DNA of 44,452 nt from assembly GCF_000760515.2 (NCBI RefSeq), contig NW_013546512.1, positions 1 through 44,452 of the forward strand, given 5' to 3'. Source of the stretch: Mitosporidium daphniae (lineage: Eukaryota). The position numbers were made by a program, and so were the translations under genes. Numbering within the stretch: the first letter of the stretch is position 1; every line of letters begins with the position of its first letter. Below, piece after piece: positions 32,718 through 44,089 of the stretch. A model generated the notes under the pieces. The model did not search any database. It was not told where the DNA came from and saw only the letters and a program-made list of their open reading frames with translations.

Positions 32718-34768
32718 TTACCGGTGGGATAGCATTTTTTGGGCAGATGACGAAGTATCGGCTCTGGTGATTTCTCGTAAAGCCATGGTAGCGTAACACG
32801 AAGAGGGTAAGGAAAATTCAAGCTTCAGCCCGAGGAACGAGCATTTCTGCTTTTTGTTCAATTGATGGTCTTTTTCCTGTTCTCCCTCGGGTGCGTCTCC
32901 CGCCTGTGGCTCCTCAATGACGTTTAGCTTATTTTCCAACATTGGCGCAATTACGGTCTCCTCTGAGCTTGAATACTCGACAAAATTGTAGCTCAAATCG
33001 ACAGGCTTTGATACAAGCTTCCGATATGCGCCCGCCAATCTGCCCATTTTACAATTCTCGCCAAAATTTGAAATGTTCGTGCTGTTATTAAACAGCGTAG
33101 CGATGAACAGTTCCAGTTTGCCCATCAAACCAGAAATGCTGGGGTATTTTATGCTATTTCCAGGAAGGGGGAGGACCACATGCTCCAGACCATACTTGGA
33201 CAATTGCTCCTCGCTCTCAAGCATTAGAACAGATGAATTGTGATCCATGACAAGATCTCCAACCATCAAACCTCTGCCCAACAATATCCTCTCGGTCGCC
33301 ATAAAGTTCCATATGAGACTCTGCACAGCATGCACGTACATCATTTTCATTTCATGTGGGATCTAGAACATAAAAGCCTCCGCATACACTATGGATGGCT
33401 CCCAAACAGTCGCTGACACTCGATTGCTTCGAAAAGAAACTCATCAGACATTTTTCTGGAAGCATGGAATGGGGAAGACTGGCAATCACCATAGAAGCCG
33501 TCTCTACAGTGGGGCTTTGGGCCCACAGTTTTCTCGCATTTTCAATTTCCTCCTTTTCTAAACTAAAAGCTAAAAGCTATACCTTGGCCAGGGGGCCTCG
33601 GGGCCATGATCAGTCGGATCACCTCTGGCCAGTTTTCCTTGAGAATCTCGATTCCCACCAAATGGGTCATAAAATCGCCTACAGTTCCAAACCTCTGGGC
33701 TCCATAATAGTTGATAAATCCGGCATTTTTCAACGCCAAAATATTGCCCTCAATCTCCTCACCACTACTGATGCTCAAGTCGCGAAGAAAAATCGAAAAT
33801 CGGTTGCCCCAAAGGTCGGTCCCTAGAAGAAGCTGGTCCGCAGCAGGCTTGACATCGCTAACCCACATCCCAAAAGACCTCAATATTTTATTCAGAGAAA
33901 GGAGCCTTTGCAAGGAAATTCTATTGGCCCCTTGGTTGTTGATGACAACTCGTTGGATTGTCACGGCACGCTTGTCTTTTGTGCCGGCAAAAGAAAAGTG
34001 TTTTGCGGGCTTCCTGATCCATTAAAACCTAAAGTGCTACCTCAAAAAATACGCCATTTTGCCAATCGTTTCCATGGTACTTCTATTTTGCTTGTACAAA
34101 TAAAACTGAACAAATTTTGGACGCTCAAAACAAGCATCAGAGCTTTGGGATGCGGCGTGCGTTTTCTCGCGCGTCAACCTTCGTCGAGTAACGGTGATAA
34201 CATTTGTTTCTGGAATGGTCGAGGAATACAAAACGAAGCCAGATTTTGAGATTGACTCGTGCTTCAGATACTGATGGATAAGTGTCCTTTTTTCCTTGTT
34301 GGCAATGGGGTAGCTTTCAATTACCTTCGATTCGCTCGAGGAAAGCAACGAATGAACGGAGACGACAAATTCGTTCAATTTTTCAATGCTTTCTGGATCG
34401 GCAAGAAATAATGACACCCACGGCTCCTTCGATTTCCAATCATCGTCAGATGTCGGTTCATCGGCGACTGGGGAGGAAATGGAACATTTTGGGGCGACTT
34501 CATTTGGAGGCAAAGCCTCTACTTGATCGTCTTCAACGATGTTTTCTGCAAGAGGAGCCGTAGAACTCTCAATGCTGGTCAGGGCTGGGTCTTCGCTGTC
34601 ATCAGACATGGGCACGGCATCACTTGGCAAAGGAGATACAATCTTAGCGATCGTCCCATCAGGAAGAATCTCTGTCACATGGAAATCAGAATATCTTGCC
34701 TTAAGGATGCATGGAAATGACTTTAAATTTGGAGTAAGAAATTCGGAAATGTAGACCGAATTTTCCAT
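32718..34768 (-). CDS. PUS7: TruD-family pseudouridine synthase, 4 exons
   Basis: ILKARYSDFHVTEI, FAGTKDKRAVT, LWGNRFSI, GFINYYGAQRFG, MYVHAVQSLIWN, GAYRK, FSLPSSCYATMALRE. Confidence 0.95.
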
Positions 34769-34812
34769 TGTGGCAAAAGCAATAAATTTGGCGTTTAATT
34801 TTTATTTTTGTC

Positions 34813-35157
34813 ATGAAAAAACCCCCCAAATCCATTAAGCCAGAATCGCTCAGTGATGAACAATGGTTAGATCAGCTAATGAAGTCGAGAAAGCCTAAAA
34901 CCCCGCCAACAGTAAAAGAACCCGCACAGAAGGAACACAAACGCTCCAAAGTAAAAAGCCAGGCATCAGAGTCCTGGCTGGATATCAGCACAAATCCAGA
35001 ATCGTCTTCAAAAGAAAGAAGACTTACCGAGGATGGATATCCGATTTATCAACTTTCAGAATTAATTTCGACAGCCGGTGGAGGTATATTTGACGTTTAA
35101 GCGTTCATGTGTGTAGATACTGCGGATTGTCCATTCAATTGTAGCTGCTGTTTTTAG
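34813..35157 (+). CDS. DUF1764-family small protein, 2 exons
   Basis: RRLTEDGYPIY..SEL...GG|DTADCPFNCSCCF* C-terminal signature; intron 35083/4-35116. Confidence 0.85.
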
Positions 35158-35158
35158 G

Positions 35159-35495
35159 GTGGCAGGGGATGATGAACTGCTCCTTCCCTTCAGGAGTATG
35201 CCTCCTTATCGCTGCCACAGGTTCTGCTTCGCTTTGCAACCAATAAAGCTATTTGATACCTGAAGCCAAGGATCTGTGCAATGGGCTTCAAAATCCCTGT
35301 CGGCATAGATCGATGCAAGAAAATACAGCACATCTGAAGATGAAAGGCAACAGCTTGGGTTTAGTCTCTTGCGCATCCCGTGCAGAAAACAACGGCATCG
35401 ACAGGGATCGCTCGTTAATTGTCCATCGTGGGTTGCTCAACATTAGCGTGCCCTTGCACGCCGTTGAAGCGGCCATATGATGCATTCAATGCATG
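35159..35495. ncRNA. Candidate structured non-coding RNA
   Basis: Series of stems in an otherwise gene-free gap: GTGGCAG/CTGCCAC, TGAAGCC/GGCTTCA, ATCCCTGTCG/CGACAGGGAT, GCGTGC/GCACGC, ATGCAT/ATGCAT; identity not recognised. Confidence 0.35.
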
Positions 35496-35613
35496 CAGAC
35501 AAATCATGTAATTGCTAGCAAGGGAATGTTAGCCAAAAATATCGGTTCTATCAAAAGACACCTTGAACAATGGTCGATGATCATTTCAAGTTATGAGGAT
35601 TTATTTAATCAAA

Positions 35614-36123
35614 TTAATGGAGCATACGACGAGACTCGATAATGACATTAGAAAGCTCCTCGACCTTTTTCTTTCCACGGATATAAGTTCCCAAACGGGC
35701 TTTTGCGAGCTTCCGTGCACGCTTGTCTTTGTTGTTTTTTAGCAACTCCATAATACGCTTCTCATATGGAGCAAATCCGACGACCTCCCTGATAAGAGAG
35801 CGGACAAACTTTACGCGAGTTCCAAGGTGCTAAAAAAATAAGATACATAAACCAAATATGCGAAAACAGAAATAAACAACAAATTGGCCATATTAATGAT
35901 GGATGAAATTATGGAAATTCCAAAAACATTAAAAGAGCATGAAACATAAAAAAGCTCCGAAATGGAGCACACGCACAGAAAAAGGCGAGTGAAAAGAGCA
36001 TTAACTTACTCCTTTGCGGTTGGATGGTTTTGGAGGAAGGGCCTTTCGAGCTGTGACATGTCCCTTGTTGAGTCCAACAACGATCCCAGAACGAGAAGGA
36101 AGTGAGGAAGGCGAAGAGGTCAT
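35614..36123 (-). CDS. RPL36: 60S ribosomal protein eL36, 2 exons
   Basis: [12 protein letters not shown]...[65 protein letters not shown]; intron 36009-35830. Missing from the ORF track. Confidence 0.97.
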
Positions 36124-36159
36124 TTCTAAAATAATTAAAATTTAATTTTTAAATTTAAA

Positions 36160-37530
36160 ATGATGGTCACTTCCAAACCACCATCTCATGTCTCCCACAC
36201 ACATCTTTCTACGCTGTTTAAAGAGCGTGCTAATATGCTTAATAAAATAGAAGATAGAATTGTTCTTTTATTTTCTTCTGGCGCCACTTTACCTTCCGAA
36301 AGATCCGATGCTGTTAAGGAATGTTTATTGGAGATTTCCTCTATTCTGAAGGAAAATTATGTCAATGTGGTCAGTGTGCTTAAAAGTCTGGACAAGGAAT
36401 ATATTTCTTCTTCCTCCTCCTCTTCTTCGGCTCCGTTTTCGTTAAATTACTATTTACAGGATTCATATCCAAAAGTATGTCTTGGATTTGAAAATCCTCT
36501 GCTTGAAAAACCAGAATCCATTGACAATCAGCATATTTTGATGAGATTGGTGATCATCCATTTCTATCGCTCTGGTCTTTTTGATGTAGCCGAAACTTTA
36601 GAAAAGGTATTTTATTTTCGACCGATTTTAGGAATCAAATGTTTTGATTGATTCGATAGCGAAGGATCAATTTAAGGCGCTCTTTTTGATTTGCTCTGCA
36701 TTGGAAAATACAGAGGGGCCCAACATTGAGCCATTGGTTGAATGGGCAAATTCTGTCGTTGCTACTGGCGCTAAAGAAAATCACCCTACACCATCATTCA
36801 AAGAGGATATTCATGAGCTTCTATTCCAGGCCTGCAGCCTGAGATTTGTCTTTTTGATTTCAAAAAACGAGCTTGATTGTGCACTTGAATATTCAAAATC
36901 AGAGCTGTCCTTTTTTTCGCAAGACAAGTATTTACAAAGTACGTTCGATTGTACCGTTGTTTTTAGGGATCAAGAAACTAATGTCTTTCTTGCTGTTCCC
37001 AGCACACCGTGTGGATGTTTTGCCGCATATTCGGAGTCTTAAAAGAAAACTGGTGACCTTGTATTGTGTTTGGATGAACCTTTCCCCCTTTTGTCCATTA
37101 GAGGAGTGGTATTGCTTTTCTCCTTAATGGCCATAGTATGTCGCTAGGGCTGGCATCTTTACCTGTCATTTTGAAGGCAACGGAAAAACTTGCAGAGTCC
37201 AACAACCCGATAGCGGGAGATGGCGAATTCACAGATCTCACTAGCCAGGGATCCTTACTTGAACCTGGAATAATAAACAAATGGCGGCGGTTGGAGGAAT
37301 TGCCTGTGGAGGTTTCGATTGCCTCGCATTTCCGCTCGCATTCGATTTTTACTTGTCCCGTCAGCAAGCAAACCTCAAGCAGCGAAAATCCACCGCTGCG
37401 GATTTCTTGTGGCCACGTGTTGTCCAAAGAGGCCGTCAGCAAGCTGTCTCGTGGATTTGCCTTGAAATTCAAGTGTCCATATTGCCCCGTTGAATGCGAA
37501 CCCAGTCAATCGCTCCAGCTGTATTTTTAG
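36160..37530 (+). CDS. RMD5: CTLH/GID complex RING subunit Rmd5/Gid2 (RMND5), 4 exons
   Basis: LisH LVIIHFYRSGLFDVAETLEKES; ELPVEV...HSIFTCPVSK...NPPLRISCGHVLSKEA...KFKCPYCP. Confidence 0.9.
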
Positions 37531-37607
37531 CAGCCCCAGTTTGCAAGTGTATCTTTATTTTGTACAGTACAATAAATGTGTAAGCGACCACGATATCCCC
37601 TTCACCT

Positions 37608-39612
37608 TTACATCCTGAAGATTCCGAAATTCGTCTTTGGGTATTTCTCATCGTGCACAACGGATAGCGACAGGGCAAGGATGTGCCTCGTGTCTTGCGG
37701 CAAAATGATTCCATCATCCCATAGCCTGAATGTTATTATGCAACTCACCGGTACCTTGCTGACGAGTAGTAGGGATGCGCCTCGCGCTCAAATTGCTCCA
37801 ATAGCGACGATTTTAGGGACGCATCGGTAGGCTGTTTCGAGGATTGCTGCTTTATGTGGAGAAGAACATTTGCCGCCTGTTCGCCGCCCATCACAGAAAT
37901 GCGCGCATTGGGCCACATGTACAAAAAGCGAGGGCTAAATGGTGAAACGATCAATGGTCAGCTCGAACCTGTATGAGCGCCCACACATGCCATAATTCCC
38001 GGCGCCATAACTGCCACCAATGATGAGCGTAATTTTGGGGACATTGGCACATGCAACGGCATTCACCAATTTGGCACCGTTTTTTGCGATTCCCTCGGAC
38101 TCGGCCTTTGAGCCAACCATGAAGCCTAAACAGGATCTCAAAACGCTGCCAAAAATACCGGTGATGTTTTGTAAAAAGAGAATAGGAATGCCTCTCTGGC
38201 AGCAGAGCTCAATAAAATGGGCGCCTTTTAGCGCGGATTCGGAAAACAAAATCCCATTGTTCGCAAGGACCCCAACAAGGATGCCATTAATACGCGCAAG
38301 CCCTAAAAATGACATCCTCACTGCTGGCGAGTACCTGTAACCAGCGACTTTGCGTATTCGGCCTTGAATTCATGGAATTTGCTGCCGTCAACAAGCCGAG
38401 CAATGACCTTTTTAACATCAAAAGGACGCTTCAAATTTGTCCCGATGATTCCGTCGATTTCGCTGATGTCAAAAAGAGGGGGTTCTGCATCGGCAAACGA
38501 CATTTTCTTGTTTGCCGGCAGCGAAGAGATCACATTTCTTGCAATTTCTACAGCATGCAAGTCATTTTCGGCCATATGGTCGGTAAAACCAGATGTTTTG
38601 CAATGAATGCTGGCGCCGCCAAGCTCTTCAGCGGTGATGATTTCGCCCGTAGCCGCTTTAACCTGAAGTCGGTAAACATGCAAACAATTACAAGGGGAGG
38701 CCCGCCAAGAAAAATGGTGCCTTGGTTGCGGACGATAATAGACTCGTCTGACATTGCCGGCACATATGCACCGCCAGCAGTGCACGATCCCATCACAACG
38801 GACACCTAAACGAACAGCAGAATGTGGGGCTACTTGCGGGATCCCGCTGGCCGAAATCCTTGCCTGGTTGTAGAAAATGCGTCCAAAATGGTCTTTGTCG
38901 GGAAAAACATTCGATTGCCGCGGTAAATTTGCACCGCCAGAATCGACTGGTTAAACTGTGTTAAAAGAAACGGCGGCTACCTAAATACACACAAGGAAGT
39001 CTGTTTTCCTGGGCGATTTCCTGCGCTCTCAAGTGTTTTTTTACGGTAATCGGATAATAGGACCCGCCCTTGACGGTCGCATCATTGGCAACGATCATAC
39101 AACGTGTGCTACGATAACCCAAAAAGGCATACCCTCTAACAGACCCGATTCCAGATATCAATCCGCCGGCCGGGACGTCTTCTGGGTTTCCAAAGTCATC
39201 CAAATAAAGCTTGTGGCCGGCAAGTGGAGATAATTCCAGAAATGACGAACAAAAGGTAAAGGCGGATGGAACTTACTTTGCATCCAACAGGGCAGCAATT
39301 CTATCTCTGGGAAGCATTTTACCGCGGGACAAATGCTTTGCTTTTGCAGCTGCGCCTCCGCCTTCATAAATTTTACCCAATGTGCTATCAAGATCTTGCT
39401 TGGCTTGTAACATAGCAGCCGAATTTTGCTAACGTGGTAGAGGCCTCAAACGTGTACCTTGGAAAAGTCGAGTAAATAAGTACCTTAAATTGATCTTCTG
39501 TGGCATCTACATAGCCGTCCATAACTGGGAAGTGGTCAGTCCGTGTACAAATCAGCCCGGTAAAGTAGCGACGACATTGCAAGGCCCTCCGAAGAAAGTT
39601 ACCAAGTTGCAT
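37608..39612 (-). CDS. MCCC2: 3-methylcrotonyl-CoA carboxylase beta subunit (mitochondrial), about 10 exons
   Basis: [102 protein letters not shown]; Arg-rich presequence-like N-terminus. Confidence 0.95.
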
Positions 39613-39635
39613 TAAATTGCAACCCTCATTTGGGG

Positions 39636-40161
39636 CTAAATAGGGAGCATCAAGGCCGCAAAGGCAGATACTTTATTGGCTACATGCATCATAATGTTCG
39701 TGGAAATCAAGGCGCTGTGAAACCGCCAAATATGCGTTTGCCTTTTTGTGCCAGCTCGGCGGCACTCTTTACAAGCATATTTGATTTTGGCTGTGCCATG
39801 CACAGCATATGCCTTTTTCATTATCTACCTTGACGCTCAACGTGACCAGCAGATCGCTTGAAATTCTACAGAGACTATTCCGAACAAGGGCGTCCGGGTA
39901 AACTTGCCCTTAGCTTGCCACTATCCAAGATGTCTGTTTTTTCTGATAGCCGTTCGAGGAGCGTTCTAATGGCTGTGAAAATCGAGCGATCGGCCCTCCC
40001 AGCCCCCTCGGCCCTATATGGCTGGTGTAGATAAATGCATGATGAAAGTTGGTCGTTGAAGGCCTTTCAAGGAACGTATGGGCCCAAAGTGAGGCAACTT
40101 GAAATGTAAATTTGAAAAGTCTCGCCGCCAATGGAACAGTATTCGGAAAAGTAACCAACAT
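39636..40161 (-). CDS. Hypothetical spliced gene, structure unresolved
   Basis: ATG 40161 sits head-to-head with CCT3 across an AT-rich 55-nt gap like other divergent pairs; several intron-like stretches but no unambiguous product. Confidence 0.35.
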
Positions 40162-40216
40162 TTTAATTTTAAAATTACAATTTGCTAATCGCTAATTTTC
40201 AGTTTGTTACCCCGTC

Positions 40217-42092
40217 ATGCCAGCTCAGCCAATGATAGTAATAAACCAGAGCTCCCAAAAGGATTCCACCAGCTACAAGGCCCAATCTTCAAACATCTTG
40301 GCTGCAAAGGTATCCATACTTTGAGGTAGCTTTCCATTTAGACGGTTGCCGACGTTATCCGCACGTGTCTCGGCCCATCCTCTATGCTCAAGATGCTCAT
40401 GGATCCGATGGGCGGCATTGTTCTCACAAACGACGGAAATGCAATTCTCAGGGAGATCGAGGTAGCACATCCAGCAGCCAAGAGCATGATCGAACTTGCT
40501 CGTGCCCAGGACGAGGAAGTGGGCGATGGCACTACCTCGGTCATCATTCTCTCCGGAGAGCTCCTCTCATTGTGCGGATCTTTATTGGAGGAGCGAAGCA
40601 TCCACCCAATCATGATCATCAATGGCCTTCGAAGGGCTCTTTTTGATACGCAAAAGTTTCTCACTTCGATTGCAAAACCCATCGATGCCTCTGATGACCA
40701 GCAGGTGCTTTCCGTTATTTCCTCTTCGCTGTCGACAAAATTTGGTGGCCGCTGGGGCGATCTTCTCTGCAAGCTTGCTTTGAAAGCTGTGCGAATCGTG
40801 GCCACCGATCCGGATTCCATCGACATCAAGCGTTACGTGCGCATAGAAAAAATCCCCGGAGAAGAGATCGAGACAAGCCATGTTGTGGATGGGATTGTGT
40901 TAAACAAAGACATCACACATCCAGGCATGCGCCGTTGGATTGAGAACCCGCGGATAATGTTGCTCGACTGCCCACTGGAATACAAAAAGGGAGAGTCACA
41001 AACCAATTTGGAGCTGATGAAGGAGGGAGATTGGCAGCGCGTGTTGGAAATCGAGGAGGAGCAAATACGCGCCCTGTGCGAAAGCATCATTGCCATGAAG
41101 CCTGATATCGTTTTCACCGAAAAAGGCGTGTCCGGTTGGTGCCTTTGTTTAATTTTAGATTTGGCACAGCACTATTTTGTCAATGCAAACATCACCGCCA
41201 TTAGGCGGGTGCGAAAAACAGACAATCTGCGCATTGCACGCGCCGTGGGAGCAACGATTGTCAATCGGCCTGAAGACTTGAAGGAGTCTGACATTGGGGT
41301 TGGGTGCGGGCTTTTCCATGTCGAGAAAATCGCCGACGAATACTTTATCTTCCTGGAGGTTGCATTTGCAAATAATTTTGTAGAAATGTAAGGAGCCGCG
41401 TGCGTGCTCCGTTCTGCTTCGCGGGGCATCAAAGGATGTTTTGAATGAAATCGAACGAGACTTGCACGATGCACTTGCCGTCACCAAAAATGTGATCACA
41501 AACCCCATGCTTGTTCCCGGAGGCGGTGCAACCGAGATGGCACTTTCCGTGCATCTTTCTCAAGAGAGCAGAAAGTTGGCTGCCGTTTCAACCAGCCCTT
41601 CTGGCTCGTCTTCGACGTCCCCCAGCTCGCCTTCGATGTCGCCCAGCGCATCGGCCTCGCAGGATTACATTTCATCTCTAATTATGGCACCGTATTGTGT
41701 GGCTGGAGAGGCTGTCGAAGTGATCCCACGTACTTTGATTTCAAACTGCGGCGGAGACGTGATAAGGACAATGACCTCGCTTAGAGCCAAACACGCCGAG
41801 GGCCGCCATTCTTGGGGCATCAATGGCGTCACTGGAAAATTGATGGACATGAGCGAGCAAGACGGTTCCTCTGGCATTTGGGAGCCGCTTTCTGTCAAGC
41901 TGCAAACCCTAAAGACTGCAATCGAGGTTTGATTTGTGCATTGTTAATGGGAACATAGTCCGCATGCATGCTTTTGCGTGTAGATGGTATTCTTTCGGCC
42001 TCGTCCAAAAAGCAGGACAAATCTTCTGGTGATTCCGGCGCTGCTGCCTTTGCAGATGAAGTATCACATGCCCTTGTTAACTTTAGGAATAA
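40217..42092 (+). CDS. CCT3: Chaperonin CCT/TRiC subunit gamma, about 6 exons
   Basis: MLKMLMDPMGGIVLTNDGNAILREI, DEEVGDGTTSVII, IDIKRYVRIEKIPG, LLDCPLEYKKGESQTN, RRVRKTDNLRIARA, WEPLSVKLQTLKTAIE; predicted last exon only GAA TAA. Confidence 0.97.
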
Positions 42093-42172
42093 CTTTATAA
42101 CTGTCAATAAATTTACCGGGTAATTTATTGCAAATGTGGTGTTATAGGCATTGCGCCCAAGCAGGCCTCATA

Positions 42173-42193
42173 GATGATGATGATGATGATGAT
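42173..42193. repeat. (GAT)7 microsatellite
   Basis: Seen directly, intergenic. Confidence 0.9.
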
Positions 42194-42782
42194 GCATAGC
42201 GCATCACAGATTTAATACATCCATCGGGTAACATCCGGTGATCATGTGGAGCTTGGAATGCTACATTTTAGTTTTGCAAAGATGGCAAGAATGGCGATTG
42301 GGATCGGCGAAAGAGCACCTCCATTCCGGTAGCAGGTTTTTGTCTAGGATCGTTGGCTTCTAGGCTCACCCGAGTGTAGGATCGTTGTGGGCGCTGTTTT
42401 GTTGCGCTTTTGGCAGCAAGATCAGCGTGGTGGCGACAGGTGCCAAGAAAGGTTTTCAATTATGCCAGCATTTCGCAGCATGGCAAAACTTGTCAATCCA
42501 AACACGGATGGTATCCATCATACCCTAGCCATTTCGGTGGCCTTTTTGAGTTCAAGACGAGGAGAATGCATTTCTTTGCCTGTCCCTGCATTTCACTGGC
42601 GTGATAACCATTCGTCAATGGCAACATTTAGTGGCAAAATTTGCGAGAATCGGCCAGCATTGTAATTGGTTCAAGTAGCCTGATTAGCTATCATTTAACA
42701 TATCGTTTCCATTGGGTGTAAAATTTAGTGTGCAAAATGGGCATAAAAAGCTACCATATTATTCAAAAAACAGGTCATCCAA

Positions 42783-43514
42783 ATGGACGCCCAAAGATTT
42801 CTATTTCTCATCGCCATCATCACTTTGTGCGCCTCGTTTGTGCATCTACTTGATACCCAAAATAAAAACCGCAATACTGATACTGTGTCTAAATTTAAAA
42901 AAAGGCTTGTGCGCAAAATAAAGAATTTCCTATCTGACAACGACCTAAAAGAGCAAGTCACCAGAATCAAAAAAAACTTGAATAAAATAACACAAAAAGA
43001 CCTCTTAAACATCGAAAAAATGTTGATCAAAACTCTTGAATCCCAAGATAAAATTATGAGCAGCGTTGAAAAGTTAACCCAGCTTAAAGGCCTCAAATTA
43101 TGTCCCAAGTTTTTGAAAACTTTTGAAGCCAAAAAAAATCTAGCCAAAAACCGTCAAACCGAGGGGATAAATTTCCCAAACACAATAAAATCATATTTGC
43201 AAGCCAAAGAAATTATTTCTTCATACCTTCAAGATAAAATGGACTCGATTGAGTTGGTTGAAAAACAGTTAAAAAAAATTGGTAAAAATTTATCTTCAAT
43301 CCAAACCTTGGAGCCCGACGACCAAAATTCAAGTACAGCCACAGGTTCGAAGCTAGATAGCTCAAATGTTCAAAAGAATTCTTTATGTCTTCTCCCCAAT
43401 ATAGCTTTATCTGACTCTTCGGATACATCTGACCTTGAATTTACATGTAGCTCTGAATTTTCCTGTTCAGATACAGATAGCTCTGAAGTTTACCTTTCCT
43501 TTGACGACTGTTAG
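42783..43514 (+). CDS. Lineage-specific secreted Lys-rich coiled-coil protein with acidic Ser/Asp tail
   Basis: Signal-peptide-like MDAQRFLFLIAIITLCASF, intronless, AT-rich, K-rich heptads, tail SDSSDTSD...SFDDC. Confidence 0.8.
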   Translation: MDAQRFLFLIAIITLCASFVHLLDTQNKNRNTDTVSKFKKRLVRKIKNFLSDNDLKEQVTRIKKNLNKITQKDLLNIEKMLIKTLESQDKIMSSVEKLTQLKGLKLCPKFLKTFEAKKNLAKNRQTEGINFPNTIKSYLQAKEIISSYLQDKMDSIELVEKQLKKIGKNLSSIQTLEPDDQNSSTATGSKLDSSNVQKNSLCLLPNIALSDSSDTSDLEFTCSSEFSCSDTDSSEVYLSFDDC

Positions 43515-43538
43515 TCTAACGAACCTTTCAATGTAAAA

Positions 43539-44089
43539 TGCACAATTTAATAAACTCAATATGATCCAGATATCTTTTCAAAGCATCCATCGGTGCCCAA
43601 ATTAATCAGGCAGAGACTCCTTTTAATCAGGTGGCAGCTCTAGTTATGCATCAAATTTCAGTCGATGGTAGCCCTTCCATTTGCTAAGATTTCCTCTTCT
43701 CATTGCAGATGTGATGAACATGTGGTTTGAACAAATGTATCCTATAAACACCGACATTTGTTGAAGTTTATTTTTCCAATTTGCGTGTCTTGTTTAGTCT
43801 GAGCAGTGCCTATAAACATCATAATTCCGCAATATAAACATAATTTTTTGAGACCATGAATGCAGTCAACGATAGGAAACCCCCATTTTGTCGGCATAAT
43901 ATTAGCCCCAATCAACGTCAATCGACATTTAAAACCGTGGTTTGACCGGTATTTCGAAATCGTTCTGTGATGTCCGGTGCATGGTTAAGATGAATCTTTT
44001 ATCGAAGAAAATGGCTACCCCATTAATTTGAGCACCGATGGATGCTTTAAAAAGATATCTGGATCATATTGAGTTTACTGAATTGTGCA
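43539..44089. repeat. Inverted repeat pair 43539-43606 / 44022-44089 (shared 3' flanks of the two paralogues)
   Basis: tgcacaatttaataaactcaatatgatccagatatcttttcaaagcatccatcggtgcccaaattaat vs reverse complement tgcacaattcagtaaactcaatatgatccagatatctttttaaagcatccatcggtgctcaaattaat (4 mismatches in 68). Confidence 0.95.

Noticed and set aside
39636..40161. CGI-121-like or mitoribosomal identity for the gene upstream of CCT3
   Set aside because: Only faint resemblance and no splice model joins the similar segments in frame.
2968..41508. Many antisense ORFs in the track (e.g. 2968-3381, 27808-28272, 31461-31850, 38309-38809, 40338-40829)
   Set aside because: Shadows of well-supported genes on the opposite strand.
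1737..42092. Fragmented ORFs as pseudogenes or a reassigned stop codon
   Set aside because: Breaks in conserved genes are explained by short GT-AG introns; genes end in standard TAA/TAG/TGA.
1737..42092. Functional clustering of GID8/RMD5 and CCT3/CCT4
   Set aside because: Partners are 12-34 kb apart with unrelated genes between; expected occasionally in a small housekeeping-rich genome.
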